Source of the DNA: an uncultured bacterium
Lineage (GTDB): Bacteria; Patescibacteriota; Gracilibacteria; UBA1369; PNNO01
DNA: 32,000 nt
Direction: 5' to 3'
NCBI GenBank assembly: GCA_963704705.1
Contig: OY969931.1
Location: 690,001-722,000 of the forward strand
How positions within the stretch are numbered: position 1 is the first letter of the stretch; each line of letters starts with the position of its first letter. Below, piece by piece: positions 7,675-18,445 of the stretch. Position numbers and translations under genes: made by a program. A model generated the notes under the pieces. That model did no database searches. It saw nothing but the letters and a program-made list of their open reading frames with translations, and was not told the DNA's origin.

Positions 7675-10098
7675 ATGAAAAATCCAAACAATGATTTGGC
7701 TACTGCAAAGCCAAAGAGAAAAGGATGGCTACTACTTGTCATTTCTTTAATTGTACTTATTGCTGCGGTTATAATAATTGTATTAACCCAAAGCGGTCAG
7801 TTCTTTAAAGGTGAAGTATCTGTCCAACCTGGTGTTTTAGGCCAGGCTGTAGTATCTAAAAGTTCAATAACCGAAATTTCCAATGGTCCTTTTCTGCATG
7901 TTTCAACCACACATGGTGTAGCTTGCCCAGTTGGATCTGTTTTAGGAACAGCTAGTTGTCCGTTTAGTACAATTGATGAAGCAGAGCAACAAATTAAAAG
8001 CAAAAATCTTGATACAGTTGAAATAAGACTTATGGGAGGTGATATTTTCAGAGATGAAAATGGAGTTGAATTATCTGGTGGCAGAAAATCAATTATTGGT
8101 GGATGGGATGAATCTTTCAGTAAAATTACAGATACTCCATCAACTTTCTTCTTTAATATCAAGATAAATAATGCAAATGGCTCAATCCAGAATTTGAATA
8201 CTTATAATGCCGGAACAGCCAAACCATTCATAGAAATTAATAATAATGGAGCAAGCGATGGTACAAATTTTGATGTTAAAAATATTATTTTTAATAATAT
8301 TATCAATACTAATAGTTTGATTAAGTTTTCGGGTGATAATTATAAATCAACCGGTACAATTGCAAATGTAATTGTCTATAATTCAAAAGTTACAAATGGA
8401 TCGTTGATTGAAGTTAATGGAAATCCGGCAGTTAAAATTCAAAGAAATCATTTGAATGCATCTGATGCCGATAATTCATTAATTCATGTTGATTCAAATG
8501 TTGAAATTACCAATAACTTAATTACAAATACACCAAGTAATGGAATGAATACTCAAAACGCAGTATTAATTGATTCAGGTGATGATGTTAAATTGATAAA
8601 TAATACTATCGTAAACAATAATTTTGCTGATTTTGCTGTAAAACAAACCGGTGAAGGTTTTATGTGGATTTTCAATAATTTGATTGATGATAATACAAAG
8701 GCTTTAATATTTAATATGGCTGAAATCAATCAGCTTACAGCAAAAGGCAACACCTGGGGAATCATAGATTATCGTGAAACCAAATCCCTTGGTGTAAATG
8801 AGACTTCAAATTTTAGCTGTAATCCTAAATTTGCTGGTGGTGATAAAAATTCACCATTATATTATAAATTAGGCGGCGATTCAGATTGTTTAGATAGAGG
8901 ATGGGGAGTTGATAATGTTGTTAAATTAGCAACCCCTGATTATTTTGGAGTGAACAGACCAACAGGTGCAGGAGTCGATCCTGGATTTAGTGAATATATT
9001 ATTAATTTTCAGTGGGCACCACTTGCACCAATACAAGTTGGTGTTTATAACTTTCCGCCAGTTTGCGGAAACGGCACACTTGAAAGTGAAGAAGAATGCG
9101 ATGATGGAAATACTGTTGATGGAGATGGTTGTAGTGCAACTTGTACTATTGAAGAAGAAATATCACCTGTTTGCGGTAATTCTACGGTAGAACAAGGAGA
9201 GCAATGTGATGATGGAAATACAACAAACGGTGATGGATGTTCATCTACATGCCAAACAGAACAATCAATAGCAGCTGTTTGCGGTAATGGTAACCTTGAA
9301 CAAGGTGAAGAGTGTGATGATGGAAATATTATTGATGGAGATGGTTGTAGCGCAATTTGTGAAAATGAAGAAGAAGATGTTGATCTTTGCCCAAATATAA
9401 CTGGTATTCAGACTGAAATTCCAACAGGTAAACATATTGATTCAAACGGAGACTGTGTCGATTCAGAAGCTCCTGATGCTTGTCCAAATATTTCCGGATA
9501 TCAATCTGATATTCCAAGCGGATATCAAAAAGACAGTAATGATAATTGCGTTCCTTTAGAAGAAGTTGCTTGCGGCGACTGGTCAGATGTAAGCGATAAC
9601 GACCCTGAGTATGACATTTGGGTTTGGTTATGCGACAGAGGCATCTTTAAAGGAAACGAAGATGGAACATTGAGACCTGATGATAAATTAACCAGAGCTG
9701 AATTATTGGCCTTGGCATTTAGAGCAAGTGATTATGAAAATGAATATGAATTAGATAATGAGGCGTCTTATTGTTTCAATGATGTAGATGATCAATGGTT
9801 TGCTCCGTACGCATGTACTGCTGCTGATTTAGGGTTTGTTGAAGGATATACCGGAAATGTATTCAAACCGGGTAATACCGTTATTCTTGCTGAAGGTTTA
9901 AAGATGTTCCTTGGGGCGCTTGATGAACCTTATGCAATCAATCCAAATCCAAACAGATGGTATTATGATATGTTGCAGGATGCAGCTGATAATAATTATC
10001 TACCATACACTTTAACTGATGAAAGTGTTGTTGGACCAATTGAACTAACAAGAAGAAAAGCAGCTAATATGCTTTATAGAATTCTTATCTACAGATAA
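7675..10098 (+). CDS. Large cell-surface protein: N-terminal TM anchor, parallel beta-helix-like region, Cys-rich repeats, CPNI modules, C-terminal SLH-like modules
   Basis: 807 aa. KGWLLLVISLIVLIAAVIIIVL is the TM segment. It is followed by Asn/Ile-rich degenerate repeats (NNIINTNSLIKF, VIVYNSKVTNGSLIEV, ITNNLITN, LINNTIVNN). Then come three copies of CGNGxLExGEECDDGNxxDGDGCSxxC and two of CPNI[TS]G[IY]Q[TS][ED]IP[TS]G. The end is SLH-like: WSDV...GIFKGNEDGTLRPDDKLTRAE and FNDV...GFVEGYTGNVFKPGNTV. Confidence 0.8.
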   Translation: MKNPNNDLATAKPKRKGWLLLVISLIVLIAAVIIIVLTQSGQFFKGEVSVQPGVLGQAVVSKSSITEISNGPFLHVSTTHGVACPVGSVLGTASCPFSTIDEAEQQIKSKNLDTVEIRLMGGDIFRDENGVELSGGRKSIIGGWDESFSKITDTPSTFFFNIKINNANGSIQNLNTYNAGTAKPFIEINNNGASDGTNFDVKNIIFNNIINTNSLIKFSGDNYKSTGTIANVIVYNSKVTNGSLIEVNGNPAVKIQRNHLNASDADNSLIHVDSNVEITNNLITNTPSNGMNTQNAVLIDSGDDVKLINNTIVNNNFADFAVKQTGEGFMWIFNNLIDDNTKALIFNMAEINQLTAKGNTWGIIDYRETKSLGVNETSNFSCNPKFAGGDKNSPLYYKLGGDSDCLDRGWGVDNVVKLATPDYFGVNRPTGAGVDPGFSEYIINFQWAPLAPIQVGVYNFPPVCGNGTLESEEECDDGNTVDGDGCSATCTIEEEISPVCGNSTVEQGEQCDDGNTTNGDGCSSTCQTEQSIAAVCGNGNLEQGEECDDGNIIDGDGCSAICENEEEDVDLCPNITGIQTEIPTGKHIDSNGDCVDSEAPDACPNISGYQSDIPSGYQKDSNDNCVPLEEVACGDWSDVSDNDPEYDIWVWLCDRGIFKGNEDGTLRPDDKLTRAELLALAFRASDYENEYELDNEASYCFNDVDDQWFAPYACTAADLGFVEGYTGNVFKPGNTVILAEGLKMFLGALDEPYAINPNPNRWYYDMLQDAADNNYLPYTLTDESVVGPIELTRRKAANMLYRILIYR
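9061..9360 (+). repeat. Three tandem 108-nt (36-aa) Cys-rich repeats inside the surface-protein gene
   Basis: Units start at 9061, 9169 and 9277, each with gtttgcgg(a/t)aa. The peptide type is the myxococcal-style cysteine-rich repeat (CDDGN..DGDGC). Confidence 0.8.
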
Positions 10099-10115
10099 AA
10101 ATATTAAATAAAAAG

Positions 10116-10147
10116 GCTGCCTATTTAATTTATAGGCGGCTTTTTTT
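10116..10147. terminator. Bidirectional intrinsic terminator between convergent genes
   Basis: The stem is gctgcctat (10116-10124) with ataggcggc (10132-10140): 9 bp including one G-U. The loop is 7 nt. An A run lies upstream and a T7 run downstream (10141-10147). Confidence 0.75.
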
Positions 10148-10613
10148 ATATTGTAAGTGCAAATTGAATTAAATTCACAACAACCCACGCAACTAAAACA
10201 ATCACAATGCCTATTAATGCATTTTTAATTGTGCCTTTTGCCTTATCTTGGGCTTCCGAGGCTCCTGACATTATATACTGAAAACCAGCGATAACTAAAA
10301 ATAAAATTGCAACCAGTCCGGAAAGTCCAATAGCAAATTCAATAAAATAAACAATATAAAAAGGAATCATCCAGAATTTGATTTTGCCAGTAATAATTGA
10401 ACATGCGAGCACATCGTTTTTATCTGTTGTTGATTTTTTTTTAAAATCCTGAACAGGATCAGATGATATTTGAAAATCATCCATTAATTTGTTGCAATCA
10501 ACAGATACTGACTTTTCAGGCAATAAAGTTCCTGCTTCCTGCGCCAAAACTAAATTTGCAGTGTTTAAAAACAGTAAAAGTGCTAATATGCTTGTTGATA
10601 TAATTCGTTTCAT
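10146..10613 (-). CDS. Secreted two-TM small protein of the TrbC/VirB2-like (T4SS-pilin-like) type
   Basis: 155 aa. The signal peptide is MKRIISTSILALLLFLNTANLVLA-QE. The C-terminal part, LVAILFLVIAGFQYIMSGASEAQDKAKGTIKNALIGIVIVLVAWVVVNL, matches the hairpin pattern of pilin-like proteins common in reduced genomes. Confidence 0.5.
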   Translation of the reverse strand: MKRIISTSILALLLFLNTANLVLAQEAGTLLPEKSVSVDCNKLMDDFQISSDPVQDFKKKSTTDKNDVLACSIITGKIKFWMIPFYIVYFIEFAIGLSGLVAILFLVIAGFQYIMSGASEAQDKAKGTIKNALIGIVIVLVAWVVVNLIQFALTI

Positions 10614-10636
10614 GGAATAATTATAACATATAAGAA

Positions 10637-11968
10637 ATGAAAGCGTTAATAGCTATTGTAGGAAGACCAAATGTAGGTAAATCAACACTCTTCAACCGAC
10701 TTATCGGAAAACGGCTTGCAGTAATATCAACTGAAGCAGGCACAACAAGAGATAGAATCTATCATGATTTTGAATTTGGTAAATTTGAAGCAACACTTGT
10801 TGATACAGGAGGTTTGGAATACGGTAAAAAAGAAAGTATTGAAGCTGATATTAAAGCGCAGGCGGAGTTAGCTATTGAAGAAGCGGATTTAATTTATTTT
10901 GTTTTGGATTCCAGTGAAGATCCGAATGTTGATGATTTTGCTGCAGCAGATATTTTAAGAAAATCTAAAAAACCAGTAATTTTGATTGCTAATAAGTATG
11001 ATCATAAATCAGCTGACGACAAAATGATTGAATTTTATAAATTAGGTTTCGGAGATTCAATCGGTGTTTCAGGAATACATAATATTGGTTTAGATGAGCT
11101 TATTGAAACAACAATAACTCAATTAAAAAAACTTAAATTCAGGCAAAAATCCAAAAAAAGAGTTAAATCTACAGAAGAAATCAAAATTTCATTCTTAGGA
11201 AAACCTAATGTTGGAAAATCTTCTTTAGTTAATGCACTTTTAGGCGAAGATCGCGTAATTGTTTCAGATATTCCCGGAACTACAAGAGATACTACCAATA
11301 CTTATATTGAATATGACAGAACTAAATTTACATTAATCGATACTGCCGGCCTTAAAAGACGCAGTAAGATCAAAAAGGGGATTGAGAAATTTAGCAGTTT
11401 AAGATGCTTTCATGCTCTTGATAACAGCGATATCGCCTTATTAATCATTGATTTTAATGAAGAAATCTCAAAACAGGATATGCACGTTGCTGAATTTATA
11501 TTGGAAGCTAAAAAAGGAGTAATAATTGTTGTTAATAAAGTTGATTTGGCTGAAGACGAAGAAGCTCGTGAAAAATTTGCCCGTAAAATTCAAAGAAAGT
11601 TCGTTTTTATGCCATGGGCACCATTATTATTTGTTTCAGCTCTGCATAGGAAGAATATTGAACAAATATATATTCTTGCAAAGGAAATTATTGAACAACG
11701 AAAAAAACGCATTCCTACTAGTGAATTAAACAATTTTGTTAAAAGAATTATTTATAAACACGTTCCTTCGGGCACAAAAAATATTAAACCTAAAATACTT
11801 TATGTTAGTCAAACAGGTATTAATCCACCGGAGTTTGTATTTTTTGTGAATCAGGCGAATGCGTTTCATTTTTCATATCGTAGGTATCTTGAAAACGAGC
11901 TTCGTAAAGCCTACGGTTTTCACGGGACCGCAATAACGTTTTGTTTTCGAAGTCGCCCTCCAAAGTAA
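10637..11968 (+). CDS. der: Ribosome-associated GTPase Der/EngA (two GTPase domains plus a KH-like domain)
   Basis: 443 aa. Contains GRPNVGKSTLFN and a second P-loop GKPNVGKSSLVN. The C-terminal FHFSYRRYLENELRKAYGFHGTAI is also typical. Confidence 0.95.
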   Translation: MKALIAIVGRPNVGKSTLFNRLIGKRLAVISTEAGTTRDRIYHDFEFGKFEATLVDTGGLEYGKKESIEADIKAQAELAIEEADLIYFVLDSSEDPNVDDFAAADILRKSKKPVILIANKYDHKSADDKMIEFYKLGFGDSIGVSGIHNIGLDELIETTITQLKKLKFRQKSKKRVKSTEEIKISFLGKPNVGKSSLVNALLGEDRVIVSDIPGTTRDTTNTYIEYDRTKFTLIDTAGLKRRSKIKKGIEKFSSLRCFHALDNSDIALLIIDFNEEISKQDMHVAEFILEAKKGVIIVVNKVDLAEDEEAREKFARKIQRKFVFMPWAPLLFVSALHRKNIEQIYILAKEIIEQRKKRIPTSELNNFVKRIIYKHVPSGTKNIKPKILYVSQTGINPPEFVFFVNQANAFHFSYRRYLENELRKAYGFHGTAITFCFRSRPPK

Positions 11969-12884
11969 CAAATCTTGAAAAATGACTGTATCTTAAATTG
12001 TAAATCTTTTGATATTTTTCACGCATATCAACATCGTGGAATTTAAGCATATTATCCTTAATTATTATGCCATCAGAATTTTCGAGTCTGATTGCTTTTT
12101 TTCTGCTGCGCGACATCTGCCATTTTTTTAAAAGGTTTTCAACTAGATTACCTGACCAGCCTTTAAAAGGAAATTCCAATATTTTTTGAATTCTTATTAA
12201 TATTTTAGATTCAGTAATTAAATGTTTTTGCTGATCTACTTCATAATCAAAATATTTATTAAGCCAAATGTTAGCTTTAATGAATTCTCTATATGTATCT
12301 TGACCTAATAAAGGTCTTAATAACCTGGTCCAGAAGGTTAAATATATATCGTCTTCTTTTTTTATTGAATTTAAATCCAGATTATCCTTAGAAATCATAA
12401 AACTTAAACAAAATCGACCACTTATTTTACTTCCATGCCTGCGAATACCAAGAATTTGCATAAATATCCACGAGAAAGTTCTCGCTAAATACAAACGATT
12501 TTGTTCACTAATAATGAAAAGGTCTATATCGCTGCCTTTTTCTGCATCATAAAAAGATAAACTATTACAAATAGCAACTGTTCTTATAAAAGGCAGTATT
12601 TGCATCCATTTAATATATTTTTTTGCCTTCCTAATTAGTTTATGCGCTCTTGTTTCTTTATCTTTTCTTATTTTTAAAGTTATCGAACGGCCTTTCAGAA
12701 AAACATAATTGTTTGATTCTAATACGAATTCCTGATGATCAATAAAATCTTGCAATTCTTTTAAAGTAGATTTTTTATCGAGTTTATAATCGCAAAGTTC
12801 TTCTTTGGTAAGGGCAAAATCAAAAATATCGAAAAAAACCATTGTTTTTACCAGCGACTCTTTCATACTGTAATCATTATACAT
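11820..12884 (-). CDS. Nucleotidyltransferase-fold (Pol-beta-like) protein of unknown function
   Basis: The motif CNSLSFYDAEKGSDIDLFII matches the [GS]S..x..DxD minimal NTase signature. The track ORF reaches 12935, but I prefer the Met at 12884 (or 12866), because 12935 leaves only 7 nt before the divergent uvrC. The 3' end overlaps der by 149 nt. Confidence 0.5.
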   Translation of the reverse strand: MYNDYSMKESLVKTMVFFDIFDFALTKEELCDYKLDKKSTLKELQDFIDHQEFVLESNNYVFLKGRSITLKIRKDKETRAHKLIRKAKKYIKWMQILPFIRTVAICNSLSFYDAEKGSDIDLFIISEQNRLYLARTFSWIFMQILGIRRHGSKISGRFCLSFMISKDNLDLNSIKKEDDIYLTFWTRLLRPLLGQDTYREFIKANIWLNKYFDYEVDQQKHLITESKILIRIQKILEFPFKGWSGNLVENLLKKWQMSRSRKKAIRLENSDGIIIKDNMLKFHDVDMREKYQKIYNLRYSHFSRFVTLEGDFENKTLLRSRENRRLYEARFQDTYDMKNETHSPDSQKIQTPVD

Positions 12885-12942
12885 AACTTGACGATTACTA
12901 GGATTTGGGGCTTTAATATACAGGCAAAGCAACAATTTTTCA

Positions 12943-14961
12943 ATGAAAAATCCTGAAAAAATAATAAATGAAATTCCAAAGAAACCCGGTGTTTATCAAT
13001 TCAAAGATAAAGAGAGAAATATTTTATATGTGGGTAAGGCAATTGATTTACGTAAAAGAGTAAAAAATTACTTCCAACAGACAAATAAACAATCAATTAG
13101 AATCCAGAAAATGGTTTCACAGATTGATGATATTGAAGTTACCATTGTTAACAGTGAACTTGAAGCATTGATTCTTGAAACCAATTTAATAAAAGAAATC
13201 AGACCAAAATATAATATTTTAATGAAAGATGATAAAAATTATGTTTATGTAAAAATAACCAAAAATGAAGATTTTCCTCAGATAAAAATAGTCCGAAAAG
13301 TTGAAAATGACGGAGCACTTTATTTTGGACCTAAAACAGCAGCAGGAAAAGTACGAAAAACACTTGATGTGCTTAAAAAGGTTTTTCCTTATAGACATTG
13401 TAATTTGTTTTTGAAATATGAGAAAAACGGCAATGTTAAAGTATTAAAAAATACAATGAAATATCCTTGTCTGGATTATCATATTAAACGATGTATCGGA
13501 CCTTGTGTATGCAATTGTACAAAAGAAGAATATGACGAAATTATTAAACAAATAATCAGATTTTTAAAAGGTCATACAGATGAAATTATTGAAAATTTAA
13601 CTGTGCAAATGCAAAAAGCCGCCCTTGATAAACAATATGAAAAAGCAGCAAAAATCCGAGATAAATTACATGCAATTAGTGAAATTAGTGAAAAGCAAAT
13701 TATCAGCGCTCCTAACCGTGAAGATATTGATACCATTAACTTTGTATCAGAAGCAGGTCGAATCTTTTTTACGCTATTTATGATCAGGGATGGTAAGCTT
13801 ATAAATCAGGAGAATTTTGAATTTAAATCTGGTGTAGATAAAGAAGATATTAAAGATTACGAGGAAATTTTAGAGTCGTTTATAATTCAGTATTATGAAA
13901 AATGTACTGACTTTCCTAAAGAAATCCTTATTCCGCAGCAAATTCCATCAAGTGATATGCTTGAAAAATGGATTTCCGAATCAAAAGGAACTAAAGTTAA
14001 AATTCTAATTCCTCAAAAAGGAGAAAAAGATAAAATCATTAAACTTGCTGAAAAAAACGCTAAAAACTTTGCAAATTTAAGCAGAATTAAATGGCAAAAT
14101 GATGAGCAAAAACGAAAAAAAGCATTAGAAGAATTAAAAGATAAATTAAATTTAGAAAAACTCCCAAAACGAATTGAATGTTTTGATATATCTCATATAT
14201 CCGGAACAAATCAAGTAGCTTCAATGGTTGTTTTTAAAAACGGAGTACCATCAACTAAAGATTACAGAAGATTCAAAATAAGAACATTAAAAGAAGGCAA
14301 ACCAGATGATTTTGCTGCAATGCTTGAAGTATTAAAAAGAAGATTTTTATATTTAAAAAAGAGCAAAAGTGAAATGAAATTCAGAAAATCAAAAGAAATA
14401 GTAAAAGGAACTTTAAATAATAAAATTATTTTTACATGTAAACATCAGGCAGATAAAGATTTGGATTATTTTTATGATTTAAATATTAAAGATAAACCAG
14501 AAATGATTTTTATTGGTTTAATTCAAAGAGCAAAGAACAACAGAATTTATGTTGCAGTTGGGAAAAAACTCATTGAACAAGCTGAAAAAACAGGTTTTGT
14601 TAAAGTTAAAAAAGTGCCTGATAGTATTAAGATCCAAAAAGGAAAAACTTGTTTACTGTTTAATAAATCAAAATATAAAGAAGAAAAAGGATTCGCTGAA
14701 AAACCGGATTTAATATTGATTGATGGAGGAAAAGGCCAATTATCACAAGGAATAAAGGTTGAAAAAGAATTTAAAACCAATATTAAATTAGTTGCTTTGG
14801 CAAAAAGAAATGAGGATGTTTATATTCCCGGAGGCAATTTGCCAGTGCCATTTGCCAAAGATTCAGAAGCACTTTATTTATTGCAGCAATTACGTGATGA
14901 AGCTCACAGATTTGCAATTACTTATCACAAAAACCTAAGGAGTAAAGAAATGTTTAAATAA
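12943..14961 (+). CDS. uvrC: Excinuclease ABC subunit C with an atypical domain layout
   Basis: 672 aa. It has the GIY-YIG block (GVYQFKDKERNILYVGKAIDLRKRV), the UVR domain (KQYEKAAKIRDKLHAI) and the RNase-H-like endonuclease (ECFDISHISG...DLILIDGGKGQL...LRDEAHRFAI). Confidence 0.9.
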   Translation: MKNPEKIINEIPKKPGVYQFKDKERNILYVGKAIDLRKRVKNYFQQTNKQSIRIQKMVSQIDDIEVTIVNSELEALILETNLIKEIRPKYNILMKDDKNYVYVKITKNEDFPQIKIVRKVENDGALYFGPKTAAGKVRKTLDVLKKVFPYRHCNLFLKYEKNGNVKVLKNTMKYPCLDYHIKRCIGPCVCNCTKEEYDEIIKQIIRFLKGHTDEIIENLTVQMQKAALDKQYEKAAKIRDKLHAISEISEKQIISAPNREDIDTINFVSEAGRIFFTLFMIRDGKLINQENFEFKSGVDKEDIKDYEEILESFIIQYYEKCTDFPKEILIPQQIPSSDMLEKWISESKGTKVKILIPQKGEKDKIIKLAEKNAKNFANLSRIKWQNDEQKRKKALEELKDKLNLEKLPKRIECFDISHISGTNQVASMVVFKNGVPSTKDYRRFKIRTLKEGKPDDFAAMLEVLKRRFLYLKKSKSEMKFRKSKEIVKGTLNNKIIFTCKHQADKDLDYFYDLNIKDKPEMIFIGLIQRAKNNRIYVAVGKKLIEQAEKTGFVKVKKVPDSIKIQKGKTCLLFNKSKYKEEKGFAEKPDLILIDGGKGQLSQGIKVEKEFKTNIKLVALAKRNEDVYIPGGNLPVPFAKDSEALYLLQQLRDEAHRFAITYHKNLRSKEMFK

Positions 14962-15020
14962 CAAAATATGCTACATTCGCTATCGCTCATTCCATAGAGC
15001 TCCGCTAACGCTGTGCTCTG

Positions 15021-15107
15021 TGGTGCCGAAGGAGGGAATCGAACCCTCACCCCATTGCTAGGACACGATTTTGAGTCGTGCGCGTCTACCAATTCCGCCA
15101 CTTCGGC
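15021..15107 (-). tRNA. tRNA-Leu (anticodon CAA), type II with a long variable arm and encoded CCA
   Basis: The minus strand reads GCCGAAG-UG-GCGGAAUUGGUAGACGC-G-CACGA-CUCAAAA-UCGUG-UCCUAGCAAUGGGGU-GAGGG-UUCGAUU-CCCUC-CUUCGGC-ACCA. The cloverleaf was folded by hand. Confidence 0.9.
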
Positions 15108-15128
15108 ATATATAAATTGTTCCTTACT

Positions 15129-17077
<1,949 letters not shown>

Positions 17078-17078
17078 C

Positions 17079-17107
17079 TTGCATTTTATGCGGGTTTTCT
17101 TTAGATT
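17079..17107 (+). promoter_or_regulatory. Sigma-70-like promoter TTGCAT-17-TAGATT upstream of rplU
   Basis: ttgcat at 17079-17084 and tagatt at 17102-17107. Confidence 0.4.
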
Positions 17108-17133
17108 ATCATAGCATTTAACTTAATTTAACA

Positions 17134-17505
17134 ATGTACGCAATAGTAGAAATCGCTGGCAAACAATATAAAGTTGCTGAAAACGATCAGCTTGAAGTTG
17201 ATAGATTAGAAGAAGAAAAAGGTAAAATTACCTTTGATACCGTTCTTCTTTACGCAAAAGATGATAAAAATGTAGAAGTTGGCAATCCATATGTAAGCGG
17301 AGCAAAAATTGAAGCTGAAGTTTTAGACCAGACAAAAGGAGATAAAATCAGGGTTTTCAAAATGAAAGCAAAAAAACGTTACAGAAAAACCATTGGTCAC
17401 AGAAAAGCTTTATCCCTAATTGAAATCAAAAAAATCTCAGTAGGTGCGACAAAAACTACAACAGCTAAACCAGCTGCTGAAAAAAAAGAAGAAAAAGCTG
17501 AGTAA
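17134..17505 (+). CDS. rplU: 50S ribosomal protein L21 with a Lys/Ala/Glu-rich C-terminal extension
   Basis: 123 aa, starting MYAIVEIAGKQYKVAENDQLEVDRL. There is no rpmA downstream; the next gene is convergent. Confidence 0.9.
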   Translation: MYAIVEIAGKQYKVAENDQLEVDRLEEEKGKITFDTVLLYAKDDKNVEVGNPYVSGAKIEAEVLDQTKGDKIRVFKMKAKKRYRKTIGHRKALSLIEIKKISVGATKTTTAKPAAEKKEEKAE

Positions 17506-17509
17506 TAAT

Positions 17510-18436
17510 TTATGACATATTTGAAATGACCTTCTTAAGTTCTTTGGGAAGGTCTTTTTTTACATTAATTTCAGTTCCATCAGGCATTTTAAACTTAAGT
17601 TCTGCTGCATGTAAAAAAAATCTATTTAAATCAAATAAAGAATTTATTTTTTTATTTCCATATATTTCATCACCAATTACCGGATGACCAATGCTTGCAA
17701 AATGAACTCTGATCTGATGAGTGCGGCCTGTTAAAATTCTTGCTTCCACAAGAGTAAAAAGATTATTTTTAAAATCATATTCACTTTTAACTGTGTATTT
17801 AGTTATTGCTTCACGTCCTTCACCTTCTCCTGATAAAGCAACTTTTTTGTAATCACGCCTTGCTCTTGAAAGAGGAGCATCAATTGTTCCCTGCGGTGTT
17901 TCTAACTTACCTAATACCAAAGCGTAATATATTTTTTCAATCTTTCTATCCTTCATTTTTTTAATCAAATATCTGTGAATTTTATTATTCTTGGCAATTA
18001 TTAAAAGGCCTGATGTGTCTTTATCCAATCTATGCACAATCCCGGGTCTTAATGGACCGCCTATGTTACTAAGCCCTTTTGAACCGAATTTATTGAGTAA
18101 GGCATTAACTAATGAACCTGAAAAATGTTTACCTTCATCAGTAGGATGAACAACCATGCCCGACGGTTTATTTATAATTGCCAAATCTTTATTTTCAAAA
18201 ACAATATCTAATTTAATGTCTTCTGCCTCGGGCATTTTAAATTCTTCAAGATCAGGTAATTTAATATTAATATCATCATCCTCTTTTAATTTATAGTTTG
18301 AGTTTGATGGCTTAAAATTAACCAAAACTTCACCTTCTTTTATTAATTTTTGAATAATTGTACGTGAAAAATCTTTATATTTTTCAGATAAAAATTTATC
18401 GAGCCTTTTGCCTGTATCTTCTTTATCAACAATCAT
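17510..18436 (-). CDS. rluD: RluA-family 23S rRNA pseudouridine synthase (RluD-like) with an N-terminal S4 domain
   Basis: 308 aa. Contains RLDKFLSEKY...LIKEGEVLVN and the catalytic HRLDKDTSGLLIIAKN. Confidence 0.85.
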   Translation of the reverse strand: MIVDKEDTGKRLDKFLSEKYKDFSRTIIQKLIKEGEVLVNFKPSNSNYKLKEDDDINIKLPDLEEFKMPEAEDIKLDIVFENKDLAIINKPSGMVVHPTDEGKHFSGSLVNALLNKFGSKGLSNIGGPLRPGIVHRLDKDTSGLLIIAKNNKIHRYLIKKMKDRKIEKIYYALVLGKLETPQGTIDAPLSRARRDYKKVALSGEGEGREAITKYTVKSEYDFKNNLFTLVEARILTGRTHQIRVHFASIGHPVIGDEIYGNKKINSLFDLNRFFLHAAELKFKMPDGTEINVKKDLPKELKKVISNMS

Positions 18437-18445
18437 AGAATAAAT

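Noticed and set aside
14962-15020. An intrinsic terminator between uvrC and the tRNA (AGAGC...GCTCT)
   Set aside because: The stem is only 5 bp with a 14-nt loop, and there is no U-run on either strand.
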